Source of the DNA: an uncultured Winogradskyella sp.
GTDB taxonomy: Bacteria; Bacteroidota; Bacteroidia; Flavobacteriales; Flavobacteriaceae
Reading direction: 5' to 3'
DNA: 64,000 nt
Assembly (NCBI GenBank): GCA_963966315.1
Contig: CAWZYX010000002.1
Location: 36,295-100,294 of the forward strand
The notes below the pieces were generated by a model. It was given only the letters and a program-made list of their open reading frames with translations, was not told the DNA's origin and did not search any database. The position numbers were made by a program, and so were the translations under genes. Of the stretch, positions 41,432-51,469 are shown in pieces (the stretch's first letter is position 1; each line of letters starts with the position of its first letter).

Positions 41432-43816
41432 TTACCTGATGATTAATAGCTTTAAAACTTTGGTTTCAAAACTATCCAAATCTGTAATTAGTATCACATA
41501 GACACCTGATGCCACGACATTATTGGCTAGATTTTTACCATTCCATATGGCTGTCCCCCCATCGATGGCAAAATTATAATTAGCAGCAGATGAGCGTAAA
41601 TTAACACGAGATTGCGCCTCAGCTACAAGATTCCCCTCAATATCAGTGATCTTGATATTCACTTCGTCTGTGAGTCCTTCAATCTTTACCCCTTTGGTAA
41701 TATCGTTTAAATCATTAAAACCAAGTATTTCATATTCCGGCCTAACAGGATTGGGGTAGACATAGGCTTCCGTCAGACCATCTTCAGGTGCCGAGCCTCC
41801 TGCCAGAAAAGAAACCAGCCCCCTATTGGTGGCTATGTATACTTGTCCGTTATTGGGATTTATTGAGATATCGTTGATGCTATTTGAGGGTAGTGGAGAG
41901 TTACCCTCAGTAAAATGGTAGATCGTCTCCTGACCGGTTGGTGAAAAATAAAAAACTCCGGAATCAACTGTTCCAACCCATTTGTTATTAGACCCATCCA
42001 CCTCTATATCGGTGATGTACTGACCTGCCAATAATTCCTGAGGAATACCATCTTCCAGAATGATGATACTGGAAAGTGTAGGATTGGGATTCTCAAAAAA
42101 ACCCGCCGTATCAAACAGAACCCGAAGGCCGAGAAAAGTCCCAACCCAAAGCTGATTTCGCTGATCTAAAGTCACGGCCGTCACTCTTGGAAATGGTAAA
42201 TTCTGCTCCTCTGTACTAATATTTTTTAACGGGTTACTTTTCTCTTCATTATAAGCAATAAGCCCGTTATCATAAGCACCAATCCATTTGGTTCCAAATA
42301 CGTCCACTTCCATATCGTAATAACCTGTTTCTCCCGTTAAACCATCACCGATTAGATCGGTAAAGTCAAAAGCTCTCCATGAACCATTATCAGGGTCATA
42401 AGATTTTAAAGGTCTGTCAACCCTACTGGTAATGTTCCAAAGAATACCCTCATTGTCAAAATCAGCGCCTGATACTCTTATATCCGAAACATCGGGATCA
42501 TTTGGAAGGACCAAAGATTCTAAACCACTATTGGAATCGTCAAAAAGAAAGGTCGGCTCAAACATATTTAGTTCCAGTAAGCCATCGTAAAAAGAACTTA
42601 TAAACACCTGTGAAGGATTAGAGGGGTTAGGAGTAATCTTATTCAGTTCTAAAGTCGAAAACAAGGAATCAAAAGGTATACTTATCCAGGATTCCTCTCT
42701 CAAATAACTAATCCCTTCTGCAGTTAAGGGGAAAGGGTTAAATGCCGGACTGTATTCGCCAAATGTAACCCACACTACCCCCGTCTCTGCATCAATTTTG
42801 AAGGCCTTGTTTTTTAGAGGTCCATCGGGTTGAATGGCCACATAGGAACCGGCATTGTCAATTAGGTCGTTGAGAAGACCCAGATCCGTTGTCCCAATAA
42901 AAATCTCATTGTTGTACAAAGCAGACGCATTAAATTCCGTATCAAACTCATCATTTGGTGAAAAAGTGGTAACAAGATTTACATTCATGTCATAAATTAA
43001 AACTGAATTTTCACTGGTAAAGCTCAGGTAGGCATCAGAACTCTCGGCGTCTAAAGGTAAAGATGGCAATGTAAGAACTGTCTGAGGGATGCCTGGTGCA
43101 GCCCTGAACAAATTGCGATTGGTAGCTGCGGCATAAACAGAATTTCCAAGCACATTGACGGTCTGAAAATTTCCTGTAATGATCGTTTCCCATTCACTAA
43201 AGTCAATAAGATTAGGATTGTCAACTGCAGCTCGTTTTAATCCGTTATTATTCAGGCAGGCTGCATAGATCTGATCATTGAGGATCGCTATCTGATTTAC
43301 CACGATCTGTGCTCCCCCGTTACCCAAAAAATAAGTGTCTCCAAATTCCAGACGTTCCAAATCGTAAACACTCACTCCGTAATTAGTAGAAATGTAAACG
43401 AGTTCATCTTGTACAAAAAAGTTATTGATACGTCTGTTTACCGGTGTGATATTGGGACGCTCAGTAATATCTACAATGGTGAGCACCTCCCCAGTGTTCT
43501 CAAAATACAATTCAATTAGTCCGTTCTCATATCCTATGATCACTATTGAGAAAGCCGCGCTATACGATAAGGATGTAATGGTTTGCCCCGATAATCCGTC
43601 AATGGTGGTGACCGTTAAAATCTCATTGGTGAGAACATCGAAGGAAAAGAGCGCATTCTCTGAAGCAGCATAAATCCTCTCCCCACTGGAAGTAACATCC
43701 ACGATATCCGCAAACGAAAAGTGACCTTTCCATAGGCCTGAAAAATCCTGAGACCATCCGAAAAGATTTCCCAGAAAAAGGCCAGCAAGCAGGGTGTATA
43801 ATAACCTTTTGATCAT
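41432..43816 (-). CDS. Secreted double beta-propeller (two-component-regulator-propeller-like repeats) protein with T9SS CTD, possibly PorZ-like
   Basis: 794 aa. Signal peptide. Many YxxGLxxF/W-type propeller repeats. C-terminal beta-sandwich ending ...VYVILITDLDSFETKVLKLLIIR. The size and architecture resemble T9SS component PorZ. Confidence 0.45.
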   Translation of the reverse strand: MIKRLLYTLLAGLFLGNLFGWSQDFSGLWKGHFSFADIVDVTSSGERIYAASENALFSFDVLTNEILTVTTIDGLSGQTITSLSYSAAFSIVIIGYENGLIELYFENTGEVLTIVDITERPNITPVNRRINNFFVQDELVYISTNYGVSVYDLERLEFGDTYFLGNGGAQIVVNQIAILNDQIYAACLNNNGLKRAAVDNPNLIDFSEWETIITGNFQTVNVLGNSVYAAATNRNLFRAAPGIPQTVLTLPSLPLDAESSDAYLSFTSENSVLIYDMNVNLVTTFSPNDEFDTEFNASALYNNEIFIGTTDLGLLNDLIDNAGSYVAIQPDGPLKNKAFKIDAETGVVWVTFGEYSPAFNPFPLTAEGISYLREESWISIPFDSLFSTLELNKITPNPSNPSQVFISSFYDGLLELNMFEPTFLFDDSNSGLESLVLPNDPDVSDIRVSGADFDNEGILWNITSRVDRPLKSYDPDNGSWRAFDFTDLIGDGLTGETGYYDMEVDVFGTKWIGAYDNGLIAYNEEKSNPLKNISTEEQNLPFPRVTAVTLDQRNQLWVGTFLGLRVLFDTAGFFENPNPTLSSIIILEDGIPQELLAGQYITDIEVDGSNNKWVGTVDSGVFYFSPTGQETIYHFTEGNSPLPSNSINDISINPNNGQVYIATNRGLVSFLAGGSAPEDGLTEAYVYPNPVRPEYEILGFNDLNDITKGVKIEGLTDEVNIKITDIEGNLVAEAQSRVNLRSSAANYNFAIDGGTAIWNGKNLANNVVASGVYVILITDLDSFETKVLKLLIIR

Positions 43817-43874
43817 GTAATCGGTTTGGCCAAAGATATTAATACAAACGCTATTAGAGACTTAAAATTATGGA

Positions 43875-43904
43875 ACAAAAAAGCCTTAATTAATATTAAG
43901 GCTT
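43875..43904 (-). terminator. Rho-independent terminator of gdhA (perfect palindrome AAGCCTTAATTAATATTAAGGCTT, T-run on the minus strand)
   Basis: Seen in sequence 25-50 bp downstream of the gdhA stop. Confidence 0.75.
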
Positions 43905-43928
43905 TTGAAGATTATAATTTGAGGGTAA

Positions 43929-45272
43929 CTATACGACGCCCTGAGCCAGCATGGCATCTGCCACTTTCACAAACCCGGCAATATTAGCTCCTCTCACGTA
44001 ATCGATGTATCCATCATCATCCTTACCATATTCCACACAAGACTCATGGATATCTCTCATGATTTCTTTAAGCTTTTTATCTACTTCCTCGCGAGTCCAT
44101 TTAGACCTTAGAGCATTCTGGGTCATTTCGAGTCCTGAAGTAGCTACACCTCCTGCATTGGATGCCTTCCCGGGTGCAAACAGGATTTTTGCCTCATGGA
44201 AGACAGCAATTGCTTCTTTTGTTGAAGGCATATTAGCTCCTTCACTAACGCAGTGACAACCGTTTTCAATGAGCATCTCAGCGTCATTCTTATTGAGCTC
44301 GTTTTGCGTAGCACAAGGCAAAGCCACATCACAAGGAATTCCCCATGGGGTTTCGCCAGGCGTATATTTGGCATGTGGGTATTTGTTCAGGTATTCTTTA
44401 ATGCGTCCACGCTTCACGTTCTTTAAGTCCATTACATAAGCCAACTTCTCTTCGTCAATGCCTTCTTCATCATAAATAAACCCGGAAGAATCGGATAGGG
44501 TAAGGACCTTGGCGCCCATTTGTATGCTCTTTTCCGCGGCATATTGAGCAACATTTCCAGAGCCGGAGATGACTACTGTTTTTCCTTTCATACTGTCACC
44601 CCTGGTTCTAAGCATATTATCTGCAAAATAAACGGTTCCGTATCCCGTGGCTTCAGGCCTGATCAAGGAACCGCCCCAGGACATTCCCTTGCCTGTAAGT
44701 ACGCCGGTGAATTCGTTTCTTAACTTCTTATACATTCCAAAAAGAAAACCGATTTCTCTTCCTCCTACTCCTATATCACCCGCCGGAACATCGGTATAAT
44801 TACCAATATGCCTGAATAATTCGCTCATGAAGGCATGACAGAATCGCATGATCTCATTGTCACTTTTACCTTTGGGATCAAAATCCGACCCCCCTTTTCC
44901 ACCTCCCATTGGCAGGGTTGTGAGACTGTTCTTAAAGACCTGCTCGAAGGCCAGAAACTTCAAAATACTCATATTCACCGTTGGATGAAAACGCAGACCT
45001 CCTTTGTAGGGTCCAATGGCAGAGTTCATCTGAATTCGGTAACCTCTGTTGACTTGAATTTCACCAGAGTCGTCCACCCAGCACACTCTAAAGGTCACAA
45101 CACGTTCCGGTTCTGCCATTCGGAGCAGAATGTTCTTCCCATGATAGATATCGTGTTGCACAATGTAAGGGATTACCGTTTCGGCAACCTCTTCAACGGC
45201 CTGCATGAACTCAAGCTCATGTCCGTTTCTTTGTCTTACAAGATCTAGAAAATCTTCAATTTTTTGATCCAT
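43929..45272 (-). CDS. gdhA: NADP-specific glutamate dehydrogenase
   Basis: 447 aa. GDH signature GGGKGGSDFDPKGKSD and a Rossmann GSGNVAQYA. Confidence 0.95.
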   Translation of the reverse strand: MDQKIEDFLDLVRQRNGHELEFMQAVEEVAETVIPYIVQHDIYHGKNILLRMAEPERVVTFRVCWVDDSGEIQVNRGYRIQMNSAIGPYKGGLRFHPTVNMSILKFLAFEQVFKNSLTTLPMGGGKGGSDFDPKGKSDNEIMRFCHAFMSELFRHIGNYTDVPAGDIGVGGREIGFLFGMYKKLRNEFTGVLTGKGMSWGGSLIRPEATGYGTVYFADNMLRTRGDSMKGKTVVISGSGNVAQYAAEKSIQMGAKVLTLSDSSGFIYDEEGIDEEKLAYVMDLKNVKRGRIKEYLNKYPHAKYTPGETPWGIPCDVALPCATQNELNKNDAEMLIENGCHCVSEGANMPSTKEAIAVFHEAKILFAPGKASNAGGVATSGLEMTQNALRSKWTREEVDKKLKEIMRDIHESCVEYGKDDDGYIDYVRGANIAGFVKVADAMLAQGVV

Positions 45273-45493
45273 TTTAATAACTGATGTTAGTGGTGTAAAA
45301 ATTATTCCAGCAAAGATACATTATCTGTAAAATTGAACTACTTTTTTTTGCATATTGTCAATATAACATCTTCATACTAACAATCTCACAATACAACATA
45401 TCCATAAAAATGTTTATTTAAACATGTTAATTTGGTTGATGAGACGGTTTTAATATATTTGTCCGTATTAGCCCTGTTTACTTAGAATTAGCT

Positions 45494-46294
45494 ATGGCCA
45501 AAAGATTCAGACTTTATCTTCTCACTGTGTTGTCCTTAGTTATTTTTCAAATAGGAAATTCTCAGTACGGTTTTACAAATGAAGTGGGTGTTTTTGCCGG
45601 GGCCTACAACCTTCAATCTGACTTTGGGGAACGACAGAATTTTGAATCAAGTACCAATACCGGTTTTGCAGTAGGGATTGTACATTATATGAATTTTTCC
45701 TACCGCCGAAATTATAATTTTACCAATTCCCAGGGGTTTTTTAACGAGCATTTTAAAATAAAATCAGAGCTCTCCTATAATCAGACTGGTCTGGAACATT
45801 TTGGGACCTGGGTGGATGAAACCAGAACCAGTGAGAATGCAGAACGCTTGAGAAGTCATACCGGTAAAGCCAAAAACTTCAATATTGGGGCTCAATTGGA
45901 ATTTTACCCCTTTGAAATTCGCGATTTTGAAAATGGCAGAAGGAATTTTATTCCTTTCGCCGCCTTTGGATTTCAATACACCTGGTTTAATCCAGAAGTG
46001 TATACCACCTATAATGGAAGTACTGATATCAACAACCTGGATAATTTTTATTTGCCGTGGCAGGTTGATCAGGACCCTTTTTTAAGTACTGAAGCAGGAA
46101 GCACTTTTTCTTTAGTAGGTGGGCTGGGAACACGTTACAAACTCACTCCACTCACTGATCTGCTTCTGGAACTCAGATGGCAATACTATTTCGATGATTT
46201 TATCGATGGATTGGATCACAAGCTGCCATCCAATCAGTCCAATGACTGGGCCGTATGGTTTACACTGGGTTATGTGATTTACTGGGAGCGCTAG
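45494..46294 (+). CDS. Hypothetical secreted / outer-membrane beta-barrel-like protein
   Basis: 266 aa. Signal peptide. Alternating aromatic/hydrophilic beta-strand pattern. Aromatic C-terminus (YVIYWER). Confidence 0.35.
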   Translation: MAKRFRLYLLTVLSLVIFQIGNSQYGFTNEVGVFAGAYNLQSDFGERQNFESSTNTGFAVGIVHYMNFSYRRNYNFTNSQGFFNEHFKIKSELSYNQTGLEHFGTWVDETRTSENAERLRSHTGKAKNFNIGAQLEFYPFEIRDFENGRRNFIPFAAFGFQYTWFNPEVYTTYNGSTDINNLDNFYLPWQVDQDPFLSTEAGSTFSLVGGLGTRYKLTPLTDLLLELRWQYYFDDFIDGLDHKLPSNQSNDWAVWFTLGYVIYWER

Positions 46295-46299
46295 TTACA

Positions 46300-47439
46300 T
46301 TATCCGATGGCCTGCTCGAGGTCAGCGATCAAATCTTCCTCATCTTCTATTCCAACACTCAATCGGATGAGGCTATCCACAACGCCAGACTTTTCTCTGA
46401 GTTCCTTTGGAATACTAGCATGAGTCATACTTGCCGGGTGACCGGCCAATGACTCCACTCCCCCCAAAGACTCTGCCAAAGTAAATACCCTCAGCTTCTC
46501 AACGATACTAATTGCCTGGTCGTAATTGTTGCCCTTGGTAACGAACGAAACCATCCCACCATAGTCTTTCATTTGGGATTTAGCGATCTCATGGTTAGGG
46601 TGTGATTCAAAACCGGGCCAGTAGACTTTTTCAATTTTTGGGTGTGCAGCCAGATAATGGGCCACCGCCTTTCCGTTTTCACAATGACGTTGCATCCTTA
46701 CGTGCAGTGTTTTAATGCCCCTAAGCGCAAGAAAACTATCTTGCGGGCCACAAATAGCACCACTGGCATTTTGTATAAAGTACAACCTTTCTGCCAGGGT
46801 TTTATCCCTTACCACGAGTGCCCCCATAACTAAGTCGCTGTGCCCGGCAATGAACTTAGTGACCGAGTGCATCACAATATCTGCGCCAAGATCAAGCGGT
46901 TGCTGTAAATAAGGGGTTGCGAAGGTATTGTCCACCGCTAATAGTACCTTATGGCGTTTGGCCACCTCAGAAGTTGCTTTGATGTCTATAATATTCATCA
47001 TGGGATTGGTTGGTGTCTCCACCCAAATCAACTTTGTACGCTCATTGATATAGTGTTCGATCTCACTAGCCTTTTCCATCCCAATGAAGTGGAATTTAAT
47101 ACCAAAATTTTCATAGATCTGAGAGAACAACCGGTAGGTCCCACCATACAGATCGTTCGTGGAGATGACCTCATCACCTGGTTTCAACAACTTGATTACA
47201 GCGTCAATTGCAGCCAATCCGGAACCAAAAGCAAGGCCAAAGCTTCCGTTTTCAATACTCGCAAGGGCATTCTCAAGCGCATTCCTGGTTGGATTGTGGG
47301 TTCTTGAATATTCGTATCCCTTATGTCCTCCCGGAGTAGATTGAGCATAGGTTGATGTTTGATAAATTGGTGGCATCACAGCCCCGTAAGCAGGATCGTG
47401 CTGCTGGCCTCCGTGTATGGCTTTGGTATTAAATTTCAT
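46300..47439 (-). CDS. PLP-dependent transsulfuration enzyme (cystathionine gamma-synthase / beta-lyase / methionine gamma-lyase family)
   Basis: 379 aa. Cys/Met-metabolism PLP family. The PLP-lysine region is HSVTKFIAGHSD. Confidence 0.8.
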   Translation of the reverse strand: MKFNTKAIHGGQQHDPAYGAVMPPIYQTSTYAQSTPGGHKGYEYSRTHNPTRNALENALASIENGSFGLAFGSGLAAIDAVIKLLKPGDEVISTNDLYGGTYRLFSQIYENFGIKFHFIGMEKASEIEHYINERTKLIWVETPTNPMMNIIDIKATSEVAKRHKVLLAVDNTFATPYLQQPLDLGADIVMHSVTKFIAGHSDLVMGALVVRDKTLAERLYFIQNASGAICGPQDSFLALRGIKTLHVRMQRHCENGKAVAHYLAAHPKIEKVYWPGFESHPNHEIAKSQMKDYGGMVSFVTKGNNYDQAISIVEKLRVFTLAESLGGVESLAGHPASMTHASIPKELREKSGVVDSLIRLSVGIEDEEDLIADLEQAIG

Positions 47440-47556
47440 GTATTCGGACTTAGGTTTGTTGTTGAATTGACCTCGTGAACCACAAAACTATAGGTTTATT
47501 GGTTGTATTCAAAAGTTAGTTTTACCTTTAATCTATGTTTAACAAAAGTGCCTGTT

Positions 47557-48279
47557 ATGAAGTCTTATTTCCTATACGCCATCTTATTATTAATATTAGT
47601 TTCTTGTATTTCAGACCCCGAAAAACCTCAACTGGATTACAACTCCTATGGTGTAGAGGACTTTCCAAGTGTAGAAGCAAATATTGTTTTTGTCAAAGGC
47701 GAAGGGGCGCAATTTGAAAAGATAAATAAGGTGATAGTAGACAGCACTCTCGCTTATTTGATGCAGGAGGAACCCGTAGACTCCATACAGGAAGCATTGG
47801 AAAAATTTGTGAAGAATTACCAATCGTTTAAGAAGGATTTTCCGGAATCCGATCAGGTTTGGGAATTGTCTGTTGAGACCGAGGTGGTTTTTCAGACCGA
47901 AACCGTCATAACCTACTCCATCAACACCTACTCCTACACAGGTGGCGCCCATGGCAATGACCATATTACATTGCTCAATTTTAATGCCTCCAATGGTGAC
48001 CTAATTGGAATTTCTGATTTAATCAGAAAGCCCCGGGAATTTAAAGCCATTGCCAGACAAAAATTTATTGAATCTCAGAAAGCCACCAATGAATCGTTTC
48101 GTATGGAGGACTATTTCTTTGGCGAAGATTTTGAATTACCGGAAAATATGGGTTATAGCGAGGATGGCTTTGTACTACTTTACAATGTTTATGAAATCGC
48201 TTCCTATGCACAGGGATATACTGAATTTGCCATTCCATTCGAGGATTTAGACGGCATTCTAAAATTTAGTCCTTATTAG
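47557..48279 (+). CDS. DUF4163/DUF3298 (RsiV-like) lipoprotein
   Basis: Lipobox LLILVSC. YSYTGGAHGN is the hallmark DUF3298 motif. The ORF-table start (47503) is probably too far upstream, and the internal Met at 47557 precedes the signal peptide. Confidence 0.65.
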   Translation: MKSYFLYAILLLILVSCISDPEKPQLDYNSYGVEDFPSVEANIVFVKGEGAQFEKINKVIVDSTLAYLMQEEPVDSIQEALEKFVKNYQSFKKDFPESDQVWELSVETEVVFQTETVITYSINTYSYTGGAHGNDHITLLNFNASNGDLIGISDLIRKPREFKAIARQKFIESQKATNESFRMEDYFFGEDFELPENMGYSEDGFVLLYNVYEIASYAQGYTEFAIPFEDLDGILKFSPY

Positions 48280-49519
48280 TTTGGGCAGTTAACTTTCTAA
48301 TGATGGGTTCAACAGTTAAGCCCTGTCCCACGATTGATACGACGACCACCACATAGGTAATCACCAGAAACAATTCTCTGTGCATTTCCTTTGTTAAACT
48401 CAAGGCCAGAGCTATTGAAATTCCACCTCTTAAGCCTCCCCAGGTCATTATGAGATTCGTTTTCGGAACAAAATCCAGCTTTTTTGCAAAAAACCTTACA
48501 GGTAGCCAAAGCGAAATGTAACGACATAATAAAATAAGTGGAATGGCCAGTAAGCCAGCATACAGGTAATTTTTACCAAAAGTGAGCACCAGCATTTCCA
48601 TACCAATCATAACAAAAAGTATCGTATTTAATAATACGTCGATCAGTTCCCAGAATTTATCTACATAGGCTTCCGTTACCTCACTCATCGCAGCATTTCT
48701 GGCTTTGTCATTTCCTACCATCAAACCGGCAGCAACCATGGCTAAAGGAGCAGACAAATGAAACTGATGAGCAAGGGCAGTACCTCCCATAACTGCAGCA
48801 AGCGTGAGAATGACCTCGATCTCGTAGCTATCAATGGAGCGCATCAGGCGAAAGGTAATCCAGCCCAATCCCAGACCAAGTAAGAGTCCACCAATGACCT
48901 CCTGTCCAAAAAGCGTAAGAATATCGGAAAAATCCAACGGAACATTTGGCTGAGCTGCGATCGCATAAATAGTGAGGAATATCACTACCCCTACGCCATC
49001 GTTAAACAGGGATTCTCCTACAATTTTTGTTTCCAGTTTCTTAGGAGCTCCTGCTTTTTTAAGAATTCCCAATACAGCAATGGGGTCTGTTGGTGAAATC
49101 AAGGCTCCAAAAAGTAGACAATTAATATAGCTGACTTCAAATCCCATTGCACCCAAGACATAAAAAATGACGGTCCCAACCAGAAATGTCGATACTAGCA
49201 CCCCAAAGGTAGCGAAAGCCAATATTGGACCCCTTTGCACCTTTAGTTGTGAGAAATTGGTATGTAAGGCCCCTGCAAAAAGCAAAAAGCTCAACATTAT
49301 ATCCAGCAACACGGTTTCAAAATCAATGCTTTGTATGAACTCCTTTTCTTTTATAAGCAGGGTGTTATCAAACTGTCCAATAAATAGAATAACAGCGGTA
49401 AAAACGATAGTGATGACCATAAGTCCAATGGTAATTGGAAGCTTTAAAAACTTCACGTTGAGATATCCAAAAAGAGCGGATAAAACAATTAATACTGTAG
49501 CGATAGAGTAATAATCCAT
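48266..49519 (-). CDS. Na+/H+ (cation:proton) antiporter, CPA1/NhaP type
   Basis: 417 aa. 11-12 TM helices. Conserved ...ALISPTDPIAV... antiporter motif. Confidence 0.8.
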   Translation of the reverse strand: MDYYSIATVLIVLSALFGYLNVKFLKLPITIGLMVITIVFTAVILFIGQFDNTLLIKEKEFIQSIDFETVLLDIMLSFLLFAGALHTNFSQLKVQRGPILAFATFGVLVSTFLVGTVIFYVLGAMGFEVSYINCLLFGALISPTDPIAVLGILKKAGAPKKLETKIVGESLFNDGVGVVIFLTIYAIAAQPNVPLDFSDILTLFGQEVIGGLLLGLGLGWITFRLMRSIDSYEIEVILTLAAVMGGTALAHQFHLSAPLAMVAAGLMVGNDKARNAAMSEVTEAYVDKFWELIDVLLNTILFVMIGMEMLVLTFGKNYLYAGLLAIPLILLCRYISLWLPVRFFAKKLDFVPKTNLIMTWGGLRGGISIALALSLTKEMHRELFLVITYVVVVVSIVGQGLTVEPIIRKLTAQTNKD

Positions 49520-49633
49520 AAGACAAGAAACCTGTTTATTGCTGTTCTAGTTTAGTATATATTTAAGGAAGTTAACTGATTAACCATTACCTTGCGGCAT
49601 AAAATTAGTGCAATAAAACGATTCCCCGCTAGA

Positions 49634-49990
49634 ATGAAAAAAATTTACTTCTTAAGCAGTTGCAGCACCTGCTCCAGAATCATGAATTCCTTAAACCTGG
49701 ATAGTAGTTTTGAACAACAGGACATAAAAATTGAGCCTCTGAACGAAGTACAGCTTGAAGAGCTGCACCAACTGTCAGGAAGTTACGAAGCGTTGTTTAA
49801 CAAAAGAGCTCAGCTGTATAAAGAGCGCCAGTTAAAAAACCGAGAGCTTCATGAAACAGATTATAAGGTACTTCTCCTTGAACACTATACTTTTTTAAAA
49901 CGTCCTGTTTTTGTGATCGGTGAGCAGATTTTCATTGGCAATAGCAAAGCAACGATAGAGGCCCTTGAAAAACGGTTAAATGAACAGTAG
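49634..49990 (+). CDS. ArsC/Spx-family thioredoxin-fold protein (YffB-like)
   Basis: MKKIYFLSSCSTCSRI has the N-terminal C-x2-C of the ArsC family. The start is moved to the internal Met, and the upstream 14 codons are probably not translated. Confidence 0.65.
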   Translation: MKKIYFLSSCSTCSRIMNSLNLDSSFEQQDIKIEPLNEVQLEELHQLSGSYEALFNKRAQLYKERQLKNRELHETDYKVLLLEHYTFLKRPVFVIGEQIFIGNSKATIEALEKRLNEQ

Positions 49991-50888
49991 AAAGACCGCT
50001 TTAGTAGCCTTGTTTATGGTTCAGCTACTATATGGTCTCAACTATACCTTTGCCAAAACGGCCATTAATCAGGGGTTTGTAAAGCCTTTTGCCTTTGTCA
50101 TTCTAAGGGTGGTTGGCGCTGCAGTCCTGTTCTGGCTACTCGGCTTGTTTCTACCTAAAGAGAAGATTGAAAAACGCGACTTCATAAGGTTTTTGGTGGC
50201 CGCTGTATTTGGAGTGTTTATCAATATGATGCTGTTTTTGAAAGGTTTGGAGTTAACAAGTCCAATTCACGCCTCTTCCATCATGACCATTGTTCCTGTT
50301 ATCATTCTCATCCTTTCGCATTTTATTCTGAAAGAATCGATCACTCCTACCAAACTGGCAGGAGTTATTATGGCTTTTGCCGGTGCATTGGTACTAACCA
50401 TTTACGGTAAATCCATAAGGGCAGCAGACAATGTGGTACTGGGGAATATTTTTATTTTTATCAATGCGGTATCCTACAGCATTTACGTGATTCTCATCAA
50501 ACAACTCACCGCCAAATACCACCCGTTGACCTTTATCAAATGGTTGTTTTTATTCGGAACAGTACTGGTTTTCCCTTTTGGATATACCGATCTGAAGGCT
50601 ATTGATTTGGCGACTTATACACCTTACGCGTATTTCAGTATTGGGTTTGTTGTGATCGGGGCCACTTTTGGCACCTACTTACTCAATCCACTTGCATTAA
50701 GTAAACTTAAAGCCTCAACGGTTGGAGCTTTTATTTATTTGCAACCTGCCATCGCCGGTCTCTTCGCTGTGCTTATGGGTGCAGATTCGATAGATCTGAT
50801 AAAGCTCACAGCCATGCTCATCATCTTTACCGGCGTTTATCTGGTCAGTTTTCAGACTAAAAAAGCTCCTCTGGATTCAAAGACTTAG
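49980..50888 (+). CDS. EamA-family (DMT superfamily) transporter
   Basis: 302 aa. 10 TM helices in two EamA repeats. Confidence 0.8.
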   Translation: MNSRKTALVALFMVQLLYGLNYTFAKTAINQGFVKPFAFVILRVVGAAVLFWLLGLFLPKEKIEKRDFIRFLVAAVFGVFINMMLFLKGLELTSPIHASSIMTIVPVIILILSHFILKESITPTKLAGVIMAFAGALVLTIYGKSIRAADNVVLGNIFIFINAVSYSIYVILIKQLTAKYHPLTFIKWLFLFGTVLVFPFGYTDLKAIDLATYTPYAYFSIGFVVIGATFGTYLLNPLALSKLKASTVGAFIYLQPAIAGLFAVLMGADSIDLIKLTAMLIIFTGVYLVSFQTKKAPLDSKT

Positions 50889-51348
50889 GCACCACACCGT
50901 GTTTACGAGTGTCTTCTCTGGTAAGTATTTTAAACCCATTGGATTTTGGAAATTGTATAGCGAGATGCATTAAATTTTCCGGCAATGCCGTTAGCTTACG
51001 CGTTTTTGTGTTGATCCAGGCGCCAAGCATTTTGCAGTGTGCCAAATGTTCTCCCTTATGATTGTAAAAATTGTGGTCAAAGCTAAAGAACATCCCATCT
51101 TCACTCAGGCCCGATATTTCTATGGTAACCGTAATAGGTGTCCCCAGAAAGGACTCTTTAAAATAATACATATGCTCGTAAAAGACCACCGGGCCAAGTG
51201 CCTGTTCCTTGATGGTCTTCATACTAAAGCCGTGATCGCTAAAGAAGGCCATACGGGCATGGCTCATAAAATTGGTGTAGGCAGAATTGGCCAGATGGGC
51301 ATTAGCATCTACATCGCTCCATCTTATTTCAAATTGTTTGGTGTACAT
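50857..51348 (-). CDS. Hot-dog-fold acyl-CoA/acyl-ACP thioesterase (4HBT/YbgC-like)
   Basis: 163 aa. FEIRWSDVDANAHLANSAYTNFM is a typical 4HBT start. The 3' end overlaps the eamA gene end by about 30 nt on the opposite strand. Confidence 0.7.
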   Translation of the reverse strand: MYTKQFEIRWSDVDANAHLANSAYTNFMSHARMAFFSDHGFSMKTIKEQALGPVVFYEHMYYFKESFLGTPITVTIEISGLSEDGMFFSFDHNFYNHKGEHLAHCKMLGAWINTKTRKLTALPENLMHLAIQFPKSNGFKILTREDTRKHGVVPKSLNPEELF

Positions 51349-51469
51349 TTCTTACTGTTGAAGTGCAAAAATAAGAATTCTCCTCCTTGAGCCAAGGGCG
51401 ATATAAGTGGAAGAATAAGATGCTTCCTGTCCCAATTTTGTACATTTGCTCTTTAATCATTTGAGATTC

